From NCBI GenBank assembly GCA_030141605.1, contig JAQGDQ010000013.1:510447-574446 (forward strand): a stretch of 64,000 nt of DNA, given 5' to 3'. This document shows positions 1 to 14,200 of the stretch, in pieces (position 1 is the stretch's first letter; each line of letters begins with the position of its first letter). The position numbers and the translations under genes were made by a program. This DNA is from Tubiluchus corallicola. Its lineage: Eukaryota > Animalia > Priapulida. Below the pieces are notes generated by a model that was not told the DNA's origin, made no database searches, and saw only the letters and a program-made list of their open reading frames with translations.

Positions 1-281
1 GAGGCTGGGGTATAATGTACTGTTATCTTATGTACACTAGGCAGGCGCTCACACCAGTGTATGAAATACACCTTCAGGAAACTAAAGACAAGTGTGATCG
101 CACCTTAACTGGACTTTGCGAGCAAATTCATTGTACTTAATTGAATGTTAGCTGCATTGTGTAAATCAAGTAGTGGATTTTGCATAGAAACAGCTGAAAA
201 TGCACGTAGACTCTGCTCTCCATCATAAGAATCATTTAAACGTTTCCAATTGAAGGGAAGCAATTTTATCATTCAGTTTAA

Positions 282-810
282 AGGAAAGGCCAAGACTTTT
301 GGAAAATTATACTTATTTCAGTTTTCGCGAAAAATTTTTGAGGGATTTAGTACTGAAACTGCAATGTAGTTAGTAAAATCACTTTGTATGTCGAGATCAC
401 TTCCTGCTTGGACGCTTCCATTTTCAATTCCCATTCTTCTTCCAATGACGTCATTTGTCATTGCCAGTCTTCATCAAAAGGACAATAAGTTTTTACCAAA
501 AAAAATAACTAGCTAATTTGGTAGTATTTTTTCGTGAATATATTTGAGCTGCAGCAGTTTGAATTAGTTTAAGCAGCGCCCGCTTACGGAAAACCACGAC
601 GCGCTTACGAGAAGTCACGAAGTCTCCCAATTACGTCATGATTTTCAAGTAAATGGCGGCAACCACCAGTCCAAATTTCTATTCAGCAATAGTGTATTTT
701 AAATTTATGCTTTATAGATAGTTTTGTGCAAGATGTTTTTATATGTATTTTGCTAATTTTAGTGATAATAGGAAAGTAAACCCAACATACTGAGTGACTT
801 GTTCTTTCCT
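282..810. mobile_element. Non-autonomous DNA transposon with TTAA TSD (Kolobok-like)
   Basis: TTAA|AGGAAAGGCCAAG ... CTTGTTCTTTCCT|TTAA; 11/13 TIR match, AG...CT termini. Confidence 0.7.
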
Positions 811-3298
811 TTAAGTAATATGAACCAGGTAGCAAATTTTTCTACTCGAAGCGATCTCAAGTTTTTAAATCTCTTCAAGCTTATTTCTTTGGTTGCTTAA
901 GTGCACCAGGATCAAAGTGGGCGTCTTTGTTTGTTTTCTTTGGTAAACTAAGAAAATATATTTCCATTATTGATGCTTTTTCAGTAGGTTTTGACAAAGC
1001 ATTAAATATGCTATTGACCGTTCTTAAACCTAAATAAATATTTAGTTTCTTATACATCATAGTTCTTATAGTTTCGTATTGTTCTTATACGTCAAGGACA
1101 AAAAGGGGTACCTGAAGTAGGTTTAAGAAAAAGCGCTTTAAAAATTATATTGCTTTACAGCAATTTTATGCGTATGTCGTACTAACGCTGTAAGGATTTT
1201 TTGTTTGGTTTCGTTTTAAATTTCGTGCAATACTGTTCCGACTGCGCCATTACATGAAGTCATATACGCACAACGTAAATTAGGGAAAGGAAAGTATTAT
1301 TGACGAATGAGTCGGTTTAATCATCAATAATGCAAATTCAAAATTGTGAGTTATTAGATTTTTGAAACAACACAAAAAAGAGATCGAACTGAGGCGGCTG
1401 ATCATCAATTTGAACTGCATGGGGATTTTCCGATTACAAGTCTAGTGCTATAAGTCCATGTATGAACCATATTATGATTAATGTAGATAGTAATATAGTC
1501 GTAGTAGGTCACCGATCACTCCAACATTTTTAACCTTGTATTAGTTTTACTCATTTTACTAAACTTGTGTGTAATCTATTTAGGATTCAGTATCTTTAGA
1601 CTATTAATTACTAATGGTAAATTCGTTTTTTTGTTGGCCAGTTCATTTTCTTCTACGAGCTTACATTCATCCTAGCTACGTAATAATCTTAACACATCTT
1701 ATTCTAATTACCAGTAAAAGTGTTTACATCACACTAATAGAACCTGTAAGAATGACTTAATTCAACAACCTGACAAATTAATTGGTCTGTTGCGATTGTA
1801 AATGTCACATTGTCACGTCAATGTCGTATCTGTGCGCAAACATTGACACACAACACTTTGTTGACTGTCATCTTCTTACACTGTTGATCAGGGAACGGTA
1901 AAAGTGTGATTTCACCTTATCATAGTGCACTTACATAGATTATATAAATATTATACCTGGGAAAGAAACGCGGATTGAACACCTGCTGCTCGTGCGCACC
2001 TTCAGAAAGGCGTATCCCACAATGCGAGCTGACATAAATACTTGTGATGTGTTAACTATGGACACTGACTCATCTTAATGTGAGGCTGTGCTTTGAATGT
2101 CAATAAATGGTTGGGAAACAATAATCGCATGTCTATTGAACACTGCAACACGCATTTAACTTGAAATGTTTGTCTAGTTTAACGATTTCGTTGTTTAGCA
2201 GGTTAAGTGTGTATCCAAGACAGTAGCAACAAATTCCAAGTTCAGAGATATCTAAAAGTGGCCATTTAAGCTCTTATTGTACAGAACACCGTGCACAGTT
2301 TGCGCCATGTGCTTGTGTTTGTACTGTTTTCGCTTTGGACTTTTGTGCTACAAACATAATTTGAATTTAATCGACAATTTACTGGATTTCCACGATGATT
2401 TAAAGTAATTACACCGAGCAACGTTTATGAAGTTTCACTTAACGCGCAATAATCATTCTGATTTCACCCTGGTGGTGTGTAACCTATAAGTTGCAGATCT
2501 GTTTACCTAGTATACTAACAATTAGTACTTAATGTGTTCTGTTAAGTTTAATCCTTTGAGCCACTGAATGCATAAATGCTCAGCAATTTCTGGCGTGATC
2601 TCACCTAGATTACAGAGAAAACTCACTTCTTGTCATTCTGATTTCCATATGAACTCAGCAGCCTCCCCCTAAGCCCATCGTAAACACTCGTGTTTTTCCC
2701 GCTTTTCTCATGCAAATGTCTCGTCTTTGAGAGTCTGTAGTACTGCATAATTGATGACAGTAGTTATTGTAGCTTACACCACAAGCCTGAAACGAACCCG
2801 TTACGATGTGTTTGCACTAAACGTGTACATTCGTCGTCTTTATCTTGGCTCTTTATCACTCTTGCTGTTCATTTCTTTACATGATTTTTATAGGACTGTG
2901 CTGTATTTTCATTGGCTGTTGTTGTCATGTGTGTAGTAACACCCTTGTACTGTTATCTATCCTGTCCAGAGTAAACACGTGTAACTGGTGTCTTACAAAG
3001 GAATCTTCATGGGAATTTGAGGGCCAACCAGTTTTCTCACGCTGAAAGGGGCAGAGGGGTACAAACGAAGTCCCATAACCTGACAGAACCTTTTAGTTAC
3101 TCATCAGCTTAGTGTAGGACCCATGTTGCTTCTATAGCTGTAGGGCTGAAAAAAAGATAAATTGACTAATTTTAAACTCAAGGCTCAAAAGGAGAGATTT
3201 TTTTTCTTATAATTTCATAATTCTTGTAAACTCAAACCAAGAAACGGCAAAATAAGCGAATTGCAAATTGAAAACCACTTTTTCTAAATGTCGTCACT

Positions 3299-3513
<215 letters not shown>

Positions 3514-4988
3514 ACCGATTTTGTTGTATGCAGTAGAAGTTAATTCATTAACTTTTGAGCAAAAAATATTTTATAAGTTTGCTGGAACACAGCCTGTAGG
3601 AAGATTTTTAATTACAGACGTAATGGGAGTGTTTAAGGTTTTAATGAATTACTGTGGTACTATGACTGCAAACTTTCTAGCTGATTGTAGAAAGTTAAAT
3701 TTTTTAAAGAAAATTCGAAACGAGCATCGACAATATTCAGTTAATGTTGTATTTTACTAACGATAGTCATTGTTTCACTTAGTATGGTTAGTAGAAGAAA
3801 GTATGGCTTATCTTTGAACTTTGGTAACGTGAATGTTAAAAAGCTACTCATTAAGGCTTTTAATGTATGTTTGCAACATTAGCTGTGAACGATATGTAAA
3901 AACTAATGATATTTTTATGTACGATTACGTACGATCATTCTCATTTTTATAATTTTTTTATTTTAGGCATGCTAATTTCTTTCTATTTTGTGAATTTATA
4001 CTAACTATTTCTTGTTACATTTATTTATTAGTAGATGGCTGTATCTGTAATGCTACGAAATAATATAATAATAATAATAACAACGACGACGACAATAATG
4101 CAACTTTTGATGATCATTTGGCTGTGTACAATCTACCATCTATCTCCGTCTGCCATTTAGATTCAATCTCTTTTATTGGGAGCTAACGTCTTTTGAGCGA
4201 TGTGGAAAATTGCTAAATCGTACTAGGCGATAATAGTGTGATTACCGCCACGTTATGAAAACATTTTGAAAAAACTCGCATGGCATTTGAAAATGCAGGG
4301 CGATCTATTCAGTGTTACATATGATTGGGGTATTTTATACAGACCGTGTTCAGTAATGGCTCCATGTGTAGACGGGGCATGCTATTAGATGCGCAAGCTT
4401 GTCTTTCAATTTGCCCGCTGCCTTTTTTTATCCCGACTCAAAGCGTAATTCCTATCTGGATTAAGTGCGAAGCAGTTTGTTCTAAATTGTTTTATATTGC
4501 ATGAGATGCTGTTTCTTTCTTCCAGAGGAAAATAAGTTTCTTTCTGCTAGCTTCTAGTTTATATAATTACGTTGTTGCTACATATAATTGTATGATACGT
4601 TTAACTATTGGCACTTCATCTCTACACTCTGTTTAACTTGAAAAGTCATTTTTGGCTACTTGAAGTGTTAATTTCATGTAAAAATAGCTGCTGCTCTGCA
4701 AATTTGTGTTTATGAAAAAGTGCAATCAGTATATCTGCTGATTAGACATTAGTTGTAACTGTCATGTTGTTTAGTTTAGTTTAGTTTAGTTGGACAGTTG
4801 TTGTCAAGCGTGAGCTATTGTCTCAAATTCTGCTGAGCGTGATTACGTCACAGCGGAGGCGGAGCGATGGACCAATATGTTTGACGTCACTTGTACAGCG
4901 TAATAAGTTAGTGTGTGTACCAGTCTTCAATTTTACTGACAGACATACGTAGTGTCATTTGGACACAACATCAAAGTTTAATAAACTT

Positions 4989-5251
4989 TTAATAAGTAAA
5001 CAGAAATGGGCCTAATATAATTCTTTGTTCAAGACCATAATAATTCAACATGAGGCTTTAATAAGTAAACAGAAATGGGCCTACTATAATTCCTTGTTCA
5101 AGGCCATAATAATTCAACATGAGGCTTTAATAAGTAAACAGAAATGGGCCTACTATAATTCCTTGTTCAGTACCATAATAATTCAAAATGAGCCTTAATA
5201 AGTAAACAGAAATGGGCCTACTATAATTCCTTGTTCAAGACCATAATAATT
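4989..5251. repeat. ~69-bp tandem repeat, ~4 copies
   Basis: AATAAGTAAACAGAAATGGGCCTA recurs at 4991, 5060, 5129 and 5197. Confidence 0.95.
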
Positions 5252-5278
5252 AAGCATCATTTTTTGTTTTTATTACAG

Positions 5279-8200
5279 GTGTCCGGTAGAGTATGTTGGT
5301 GAATATTGCCAGTATACGAATCCATGCTACAGTGGACCAGGACCAAGATGTCAAAACGGAGGAACGTGTAATGTTTTGATGAGTGCCACTTCCGGTGTCT
5401 CATTTTCATGTAAGTGTCCTCTCGGATACACGGCGACACTGTGTGAGATTGCCGAGCCAAACGCCTGTGAGAGTAGTCCGTGTTTGAATTCAGGGACCTG
5501 CAGACTGCGTACCCTCGACACGTACACTTGTGTTTGCGCTACGGGTTATAGAGGTTAGTATGAAAAATTCAATTTATACTTTTCAATAATAATTTTGTAT
5601 ATAATTATGATCAGTTGTCAAATTTACATTTGAGTTTCTCACATTTGTATTTAAAACTTAAAAATAATCTTGTTTTGGAAATTTAAAGCTTTATATTTGG
5701 CCAACTCATTTCAGTTTATTGTACAATCGTGAATTTTCTGTCGTAGAAACACTTTGTCAAGTGATTGTCAATAATGCCTATATTTTCACTGCTAAAGCAG
5801 CAGCCATTTTGATTTCTTGGTACAGCTTAGAAACGTGAACTTAAGCAGCGCAAGTCTGTTTCGTCCAACTGGTGTTGTTCTTAACATTACAAGAACCTGT
5901 TCTACAGATTAATAGTGACATTCAAATTCCACCTGTTGCTGTCTTGTGGTGAATTATTAATCCTTTTGTGCTGCAGCGCCATCTTTCGGTGATTTGTTTC
6001 AATTTTGTTGGCGCCAGTAGCTATCAGTAAAACAAAGAAACGAAGACAGAAGAACATGACAGTTGGCATGTAATCGAGTTAAACTTTTAACAGTGCAACA
6101 TTTAGCTGCCTGAGCCTTCTATTTTGAAATTTTATTTTTGGTAATAAATCTTGAGATAGCCAGGTAGATGAATGAATTTAATGACTTGGCAACACCTATG
6201 CTTTGTTAGCAGGAAAAGGTCTTTGGTCTGTTTGAAAGAAATCCTAGTGAAAAATAAATAGTACCTCCTCCTGCGTATGTAAATTATGTAAAGTGTACTA
6301 CATTGTATACATTGACTACATTCCAATTAGCAGCATGTGAAAGTTATTAGTGAAACACCCTGGTGTTTCCTTTATGCATATATACCTTGTTAGGTTTGCA
6401 TTTTGTTCACGCATGGGAATTTGATACGTCTGACGCAATTCCTGCTACCTGCTTTGGCTAGCGCAATGTTTGCTAATAAATACAATGATGCTGGCAACAC
6501 TTGAATTTTCAATACAGCAGCAGGAGTTCAGGTGACCTCTGTGGATTGATTGTGAAGTTAAGGCAAAAGTTGAATGATTCCAAATGAGTTACTGCTTACA
6601 GCAACACAGCAGGTAGTAAAGAACTCTTTTGTCTCTATATGTCTATTGCAAAACCTATATTCAAGTGCCTGAGTTTACCTGAATAATGCACCTTATTGAC
6701 CCAAAGTTCCAAACATCACTAGGGTTGCTAGGTTAGAAAATTAGGAATACAGAACACTCTTGAAATCTCTTTCTGCATTATATAAGTTTATACGTGCCTA
6801 CACACCCACACCGATATAATTTTTATTGTAAAAGTAGAGACAAGTTAAAAACGTAAAGCGAGTTGCAAACAGGTAGCAAACAAGCCAGTCTGAGAAAACA
6901 TCTAGCAACACTAGTTTCCTCATTACATTTGGGTTATTTTCATCAAGAGAATATGAGAAAAAAGTCTAATTACTTATAAACTTACAACTAAGAACCGTAA
7001 GAAAATAGTAAAAATATATTTTTATTACGAATTTTGAAAATGAACTAAATATGAGACATTTGGATATCAGTACGGGAACATGTCCCATATATAAGGGGCG
7101 GCAACCTTAAACATGACAAACATCATTTTTTAGCATTTTCCAGTATTTACAGCATCAGCAAAGAAAAGTAAATAATTATTCTCTGTCAATCTTCTTAGCA
7201 TCATATTAAAATGCATTTTTGTCGTTTTTTTAACCAGTTACTTGGTTTATTGCAGGTCGCAACTGTGAACTGATTGACCATTGTTCTTCCAAACCTTGTC
7301 GCAACAATGGTACGTGCACATCCGGCGAAGATGACTTCTACTGCACTTGTTATCCGGGCTTCCAAGGCAAAACCTGTACAGAAGATGTGGATGAGTGCCT
7401 TGAGAATCCACCGTGTCTTAATGGAGGTGTCTGCGAGAACAGAGTCGGTGGATATACGTAAGTCTTGTCATTACCACAGCCGAGGCAAAAATGTTACTAT
7501 TTGTAATTTCAATAAGCTTTTCCACAGTTCCAATGATTGATGGTGAGTGTGAAAAATTTAAAGATTAAGAGTACCAGACAACTCATTTGTGTACACTTGA
7601 CATCTCCTCGCTAGTCCATGCTGTTGTAATAGTAACAGGTAGCTAGAACCTTGCTTAGTTCATTTTTTCTTGTCCCCAAGCAAGATCCTGCTAGTACATC
7701 ACTCTACATGCAGACTAATGCGTAATTAAGTAAAGTTGACATAAAACAACTGAAATTACTGATCTGATGCAGCAGACGATTTTGCTTTAGCCACATGTTA
7801 CATGACAGTTGTAGTTAAGACGCATTGATGTGGTACACTTAACCTTTGACCTACAGCCACGTAAGTCATAAGTCAACTGAGCTTGCACATGATGAAACTG
7901 TGAAAAGACTTGTTGAAACCCATATGGTGCATATCAAAACATTTTAATCAAATTTGTGGCTTCATTAATATTTTAGTAACTTGTACATCTTGTGATGCAT
8001 TTAAAAACAAGAGCTACGAACTACTCGTTGGAAGACATATAATGAAAGTTAGGACAGGATGTAAATCAGAAAGGATACCAAAACATTGCTCTCTTACATG
8101 AGCGTACAGTAATTATATGCATGTTTAAATACAAACTGTTGTATATGCATTACGCATCATAACTGGCTGAATCCTTTAGCACTTGAGAATACTGGCTTTA

Positions 8201-11200
8201 TATGAAAAGGCAGTAAAGGCCTTACAAGAGAAGCATAGTCCAACTGCACTAGCTTTTCTAACGATATTTTTTGTGTTTTTTTACAGAGCATTACTTAATG
8301 ATATAGAGCTTTGAAATTGACACACCTGTCTTAAACGTAGGCCCACGCCTTGAACATTCAGCCTGTCAGATCACTCTTTTTGATAAACGTAAATGACGAG
8401 TTAGATTGCTTTCAACCGTAACTGATAAAAAAGCAAGATATTCATAACTGTTATTGATTTTTTTTTGTTTTAGTTGTAATTGTCCTGTGGTATATACGGG
8501 TCGTAATTGTGAGAGTAAGTATATCCCATGCAATCCGTCACCTTGTCAAAATGGTGGAACATGCGTAGTCACGGGTCAACTATCTCACAACTGTCGTTGC
8601 AAGCCAGGTAAGAATGTCATTTCTCTCTAACGTGCTTAGACGTATTATTTTCTCTTCTAACTTCTCGTTAGGTGGCAGCACTTTTCTTGTCAAAGTTTTG
8701 CACAGCCATTTTTTACCGACAAAAACTTAAGAGAAGTATTTGTAATTGTATAAAAACAAAACCTCTTCAAGAGCATTTTTCGTGATTGTAACAGAAATGT
8801 TTTCTACAACAAACATTGTTTTCGTTTGTTGAGTATGAGAAGCAAAATTGTTTAGTTGTTTATATTTGCAGAACGGATTTGTTTTTGCATTCATGACAGC
8901 ATTCGCATTCTCTAGGGAAAGTGTTTCTCAGTCAGTCTGTTTCCTGGATTCATTCAGTTTAAATTTCACATTGAGAAAATCCAGGAATAATCTGAAGAAC
9001 AGATTTCTTTGAAAATGCAAAAGAAAGAATGTAGCATTTAGGAAGCTACGTTAATGGTTGGTTTACTCTTTAAAAATCTGAGCTGTGGAGTCATTACATT
9101 AAACGCCTGACTCTGGCTTCGACTCCGACTCCTAGAATTTTAGAAAATCCAACTCCGACTCTGATTCCAGCTCCTAAAATTTTAGGAGTCCCATCTCTGA
9201 CTACTGCCTTTAATTAATAGTTTGTAGTACTCTCAATATCTAGCTACAGTGGCATTTCTACTTCTTATGCTCGAAAAACAGTCTAGCTACATAGACACCA
9301 ATACGAAGGCGTCCCAAAATGAGACATTATGCATAAATGTGTTAAAAGAGGAAAGTAACTGGAGTCTGAGTTTGTCTGTTTTTTACCGACCCGAACATCG
9401 ACTCCTCTGACAGCCCCGACTCCGACTCCAAAACCCTAATTTTTAACAATTCCAACTCCGTTCACAATAAGTTTACTGCCAACTCCGACTTCACAGCCCT
9501 GTTGAAAACATCCAGAAATAATGTCTTATTAAAACAGTTTTGAAAGCATCCACTGGTAGCCATATTTTACAAAATGTTGCTTCTCGTGCAGTGGAATTCA
9601 AAATGCCATTTCATTTAAATGTGTTGCTTTGACTTGTGACCTAGTCTTGGTTTAATTCTTCTGGTCTTGGGAGTACAAGCTTTTTTTGGGGGAAATAAAG
9701 ACCAAGATTATGTTAGTAATTATTTCCTAAGAGCATAATTGGACTGGTGTCCAGTTTACGTAGATTAGAGTTTAAAGTTTTTGTTTTGTTTCAGGTTTTA
9801 CAGGTCAAAGTTGTGAAGTTAACATCAATGACTGTGAAGGTCACGGATGTCAAAATGGTGGTACTTGTATAGACGGTATCAACAGTTACACATGTGAATG
9901 TCCACTTACATTTACAGGTAAATTTTAGTTAAATCTGTAAACAAATATTCAACATCAACACTTTTGCTTTTTTAAACTACTTACATATTCTAACTAATAA
10001 TAATAAGTTTATTTATCATCATTACAACCAAAAAATTGAATTACAGCACATCACAAATTGCAAAATATACAATTTTTAAAAGAATAAGCATGGTAGAACA
10101 TAAAGTAACAAGCACGACTGCAATGTTACAAGATACATGAACGAAATAAGTTAAAATGAGTCAAAACTTAAATTTGGAAATTAAATAAATCATATGAGAT
10201 AAAACTGCTCTTGAATCTCTGTGTTCTGCATTTAGGTAAGGGGTATTTCAGATGGTGGCGATATTTATGAGTATGAGCATCTGGCAATAGAGTGTGGATT
10301 GTATTATACAACTTTTTGCAAGAACTAATTTTATGACTAGGAATTTATGATTGATTAATGTAATTCTGCTCTAACTCGATTTCTTACATAACATACTGTA
10401 ATGAATGCGCAAAACCATGCTGGTTACAGTGCAAGTAAAGTTTGAAAACATTATACATAGTGATGATTTTACACTCATATCTCGGTTTGCCGGACCTCGC
10501 TTTCACGGATATTGAAAGAATCGGACAAAATCTAGACCGGTAAAAAGTCCTGCGTACTACGAACTCGCTTTTGCAAGCTGACCGCTAGATGGCAGACTGC
10601 CACTTTATTTACATCATGACATCAGTGTAACCACATGTATATCTCTCTGTATAAAAACATAGAATCAATTGTGCGGAGTTATTTGAGTCAATTTATATAT
10701 ACAGTTTTCATATACTTTACGATTGATTCTATGTTACTGTGAGATCTTAGTATCAGTAAATACAGACAATCGGCAAATTCGGATGGCTGTCTCCCCACAT
10801 TTGTCCGGCAAACAGAGAGTGTATTTTGTTTTACTAGCATTACAGGTATGTAATGCCTGTTGTATGAAAAGCCTTTCACCTACTTGAACAGCACTTACCA
10901 CGAGGCTTGATATTTATAAATTTAACTTATTTTATTAAATTAGTTTCATGTGTTATGTTAAAGGTGAATTCTGTGAAGAAGACGTGGACGAATGCAGTCT
11001 GTTTAAGGACATTTGTCACAATGGTGCAACCTGCAACAATTACTTTGGTGGTTGGACTTGCATATGCGTCAACGGTTGGACCGGTCCACATTGCACGGAG
11101 AATATTGATGACTGCGCTAAAGCTGCATGCTTCAACGGTGCTACCTGCCACGATCGCGTTGGTTCGTACTACTGCGAATGTACACCCGGGAAAACTGGTA

Positions 11201-14200
11201 TGTTGTTGTTTGCAATGGTTCTACAGCTAAGTTAAATGAGGCACTTGAAATTGTGGATCTGGATTGTAAAGAAATAGTTTGGAAATATTTAGAGAATGCC
11301 ATAGTGATCTTATTAATGTAAAAAGTGTAGTCATTGTATAAGTTTGTTTTGGTGATGTTTTCATTCCTTTAATGCAGGTTTGCTATGTCACTTGGATGAT
11401 GCTTGTATCAGTAATCCTTGTCACGATGGTGCACAGTGCACTACCAGTCCTATTGATGGTGGCTACAAATGTGAATGTCCAATGGGTTATACTGGCATTG
11501 ACTGCAATATTGATATTGATGAGTGTGCCGGAGGTAAGTGGCCTGTGCTCGTCCGGGTAGTATTCACTTATTGTTTGTTGTTTTTATTGTTTTTAAATGT
11601 TTTATTTAAATACTCATTTGTTTTTGTTTTTAAATGAACTTCCTTTTTAGGTTGTAATCTATTTAATAATCTATTTAATATCACTAATCTATTTGACTTA
11701 AGTATTAACAATTTTCTGCTTGTTAAGTGCAATAATTAATTATACTGCTTTTATGCTGAGATTGAGTTTTTAGCCTAGAGCCCTGAAATTGTGTTTTTGA
11801 AATTATAATCTTTCTGGGATAAAAAACTCCTTCAGGACCGTAAGAGATTGCTACATTTTGCATGGGTTCATGAGAAATTGCTCTCACTAAGTAGCTATTA
11901 CGTTATATTTCATAGATTTTGTAGGTTTGTACTCCTCACACAATGGATTTTCATGCAAAATTATATATACAACACATTTGCTTACCTTAGGCGAGTTAAA
12001 AATCAGTTTTTGACAAACAAATTGAAAAAAATCTTTCAGTAACTGCAGTATTTGCACCGTAGCAAAGTACCGTATCACTTGTGTGAAATCTGCTAATGCA
12101 GAAAAATCCAACTATCCAGACGCAACACTCCGATACACTTTCTTAATCTCATCCAGTTAAATCACTTATTGCGTGATTGGATAGCCGAGATTCTCCTGAA
12201 TAAAACAGTACCTAGTTTGTAATCATTTAGTTACATCTGTGCTCATGCAGTAGCAGAAAATTCATAGGTCATATAAGACGTATTTTGAATTTTGCGGTCC
12301 TACAGGAGTTAAAAAATGCCCGTGTCTATGATCATTTCAATATGTGACCGGATTTTTGTTGAACCATTGATAATTAGATTTTTTTCTCATATATTTACTT
12401 TACACAGAAGTCTTGTCTAAAAAAATGTAGCTATTAATTCAAGGTTTTGCAATACTGTTTTTAACTAGATAAATTGTTTTGTATGCAAATTTTTGCTTTT
12501 CTATAAAGGTTATCCATGTGAGCACGAAGGTGTCTGCGAAAACACTCCTGGATCATTCCGATGTGTTTGTAATCCCGGTTTCATGGGTCCCCGATGTGAG
12601 ATAAACATCAATGAATGTGCTTCCAATCCTTGCCTTAATGATGGTAGCTGTTTAGACGGTATTGGAGAATTCAAGTGTGCTTGCATGTCTGGTGAGTGTT
12701 CATGCAATATTGCACGTATGGTTGTTTTACTATCTATAATTTTTCTTGAGAATTAAATTTTCTTGCAAAAAACACATTTTTTGTTTAAATTGGAAACATA
12801 ACTCTTTCATTTAAGTTTTTGAAGTGTACTTTTTATTACCCTTAACTGGAATGAATGCTTTATCATTTTAGCACGTTATTTTAACGTATGTGAGTAATAC
12901 TGTTTAGCATATCTATTTACAAAAGTTTTGGAAGGAGTTTAAAATTCTCCACACAATTTATATGCAGCAATTGGAACTCTATCTTTAACCCTAGCCCTAA
13001 TTTGCTTCACGAATTAATTTCTTGTGTATGGGGAATTGTAATCTTTTTAAAATTAATCAAACTTTTTAATAATAAATGTGAAATGTTTGAAAGTCGATTC
13101 TCTAAAGTTGATAATTCGTTTGTCTTTTGTAATTTGTAATTTGATTACTAATAAAGATTTTAATTTTTTGTCCAGGTTTTACTGGTCCGAGGTGTGAATT
13201 TAATCAAAATGAGTGCAGCACCAATCCATGCAAGTTTGGCGGAATCTGCGAGGATCGTGTGAACAGTTATAGGTGTCGTTGTCCTCCAGGTACACAATTC
13301 TGCTATGTGATATACGTCATTATTTTGGAAGCATTAATTATTCGTTGTTGTAATTTCAAGCTGGTCAAGTGAATTCGCATTCATTAAATTTTTGATAAAC
13401 ACTGTAGATATATATGTACATATGTACTTAGATTAGCTTTTTGTAATCAGGTACCTTGGGAGTAAACTGTGAGATAAACCTGGATGATTGTGCGAGTAAT
13501 CCTTGCCTGAATAGTGGCTCTTGCTTTGACCTCATTGACAACTATCGCTGCCACTGCTTACCGGGATTCCGTGGTCGAAATTGTGAAGTAAATATTGATG
13601 ATTGCTCGCCAAATCCGTGCCATCGAGGATCTTGCATTGATCTAATCAATGGTTATAAATGCCAGTAAGTAACTTTAATATTATTGGAGTTGAAAAGTGA
13701 ATGGTGAATAGTATACTCTTAATCTGCAAAAAAGCTTGTAGTGAAAAGGCATTAAAACAAACAAAAGCTTTGGATAAATGTTTGGCGCTTTGAAATAAGA
13801 GACTTTGCAAACTTGTTTTAAGCACAAGTTTTGTACAGAAAAAGTTTCTGTATACTATACGAATTATTTTTCAATTTTACACGCAAAAGATTTCTTCTAT
13901 TTCTTTTCATGAAAATTCATTATTTATGAAACTGCTGGCAGGCAAACTTTAATATCTGCTTTCTTTCTAGATTTGTTACGATTTAATTTTATGGCAGGAT
14001 TTGTTTGAAATCGTTGAACCACATAAATGTTAATTATCTTTATCTTTTCACAGATGCAGCCCTGGGTGGACTGGAAAGTTTTGCCAGAACGAAATTAATG
14101 AATGTTCTAGTAATCCGTGCAAATATGGAGGAACGTGTATTGACAAGATTAATGATTACCGCTGTGTTTGTCCTCCCGGCACCTCGGGACGCAACTGTCA

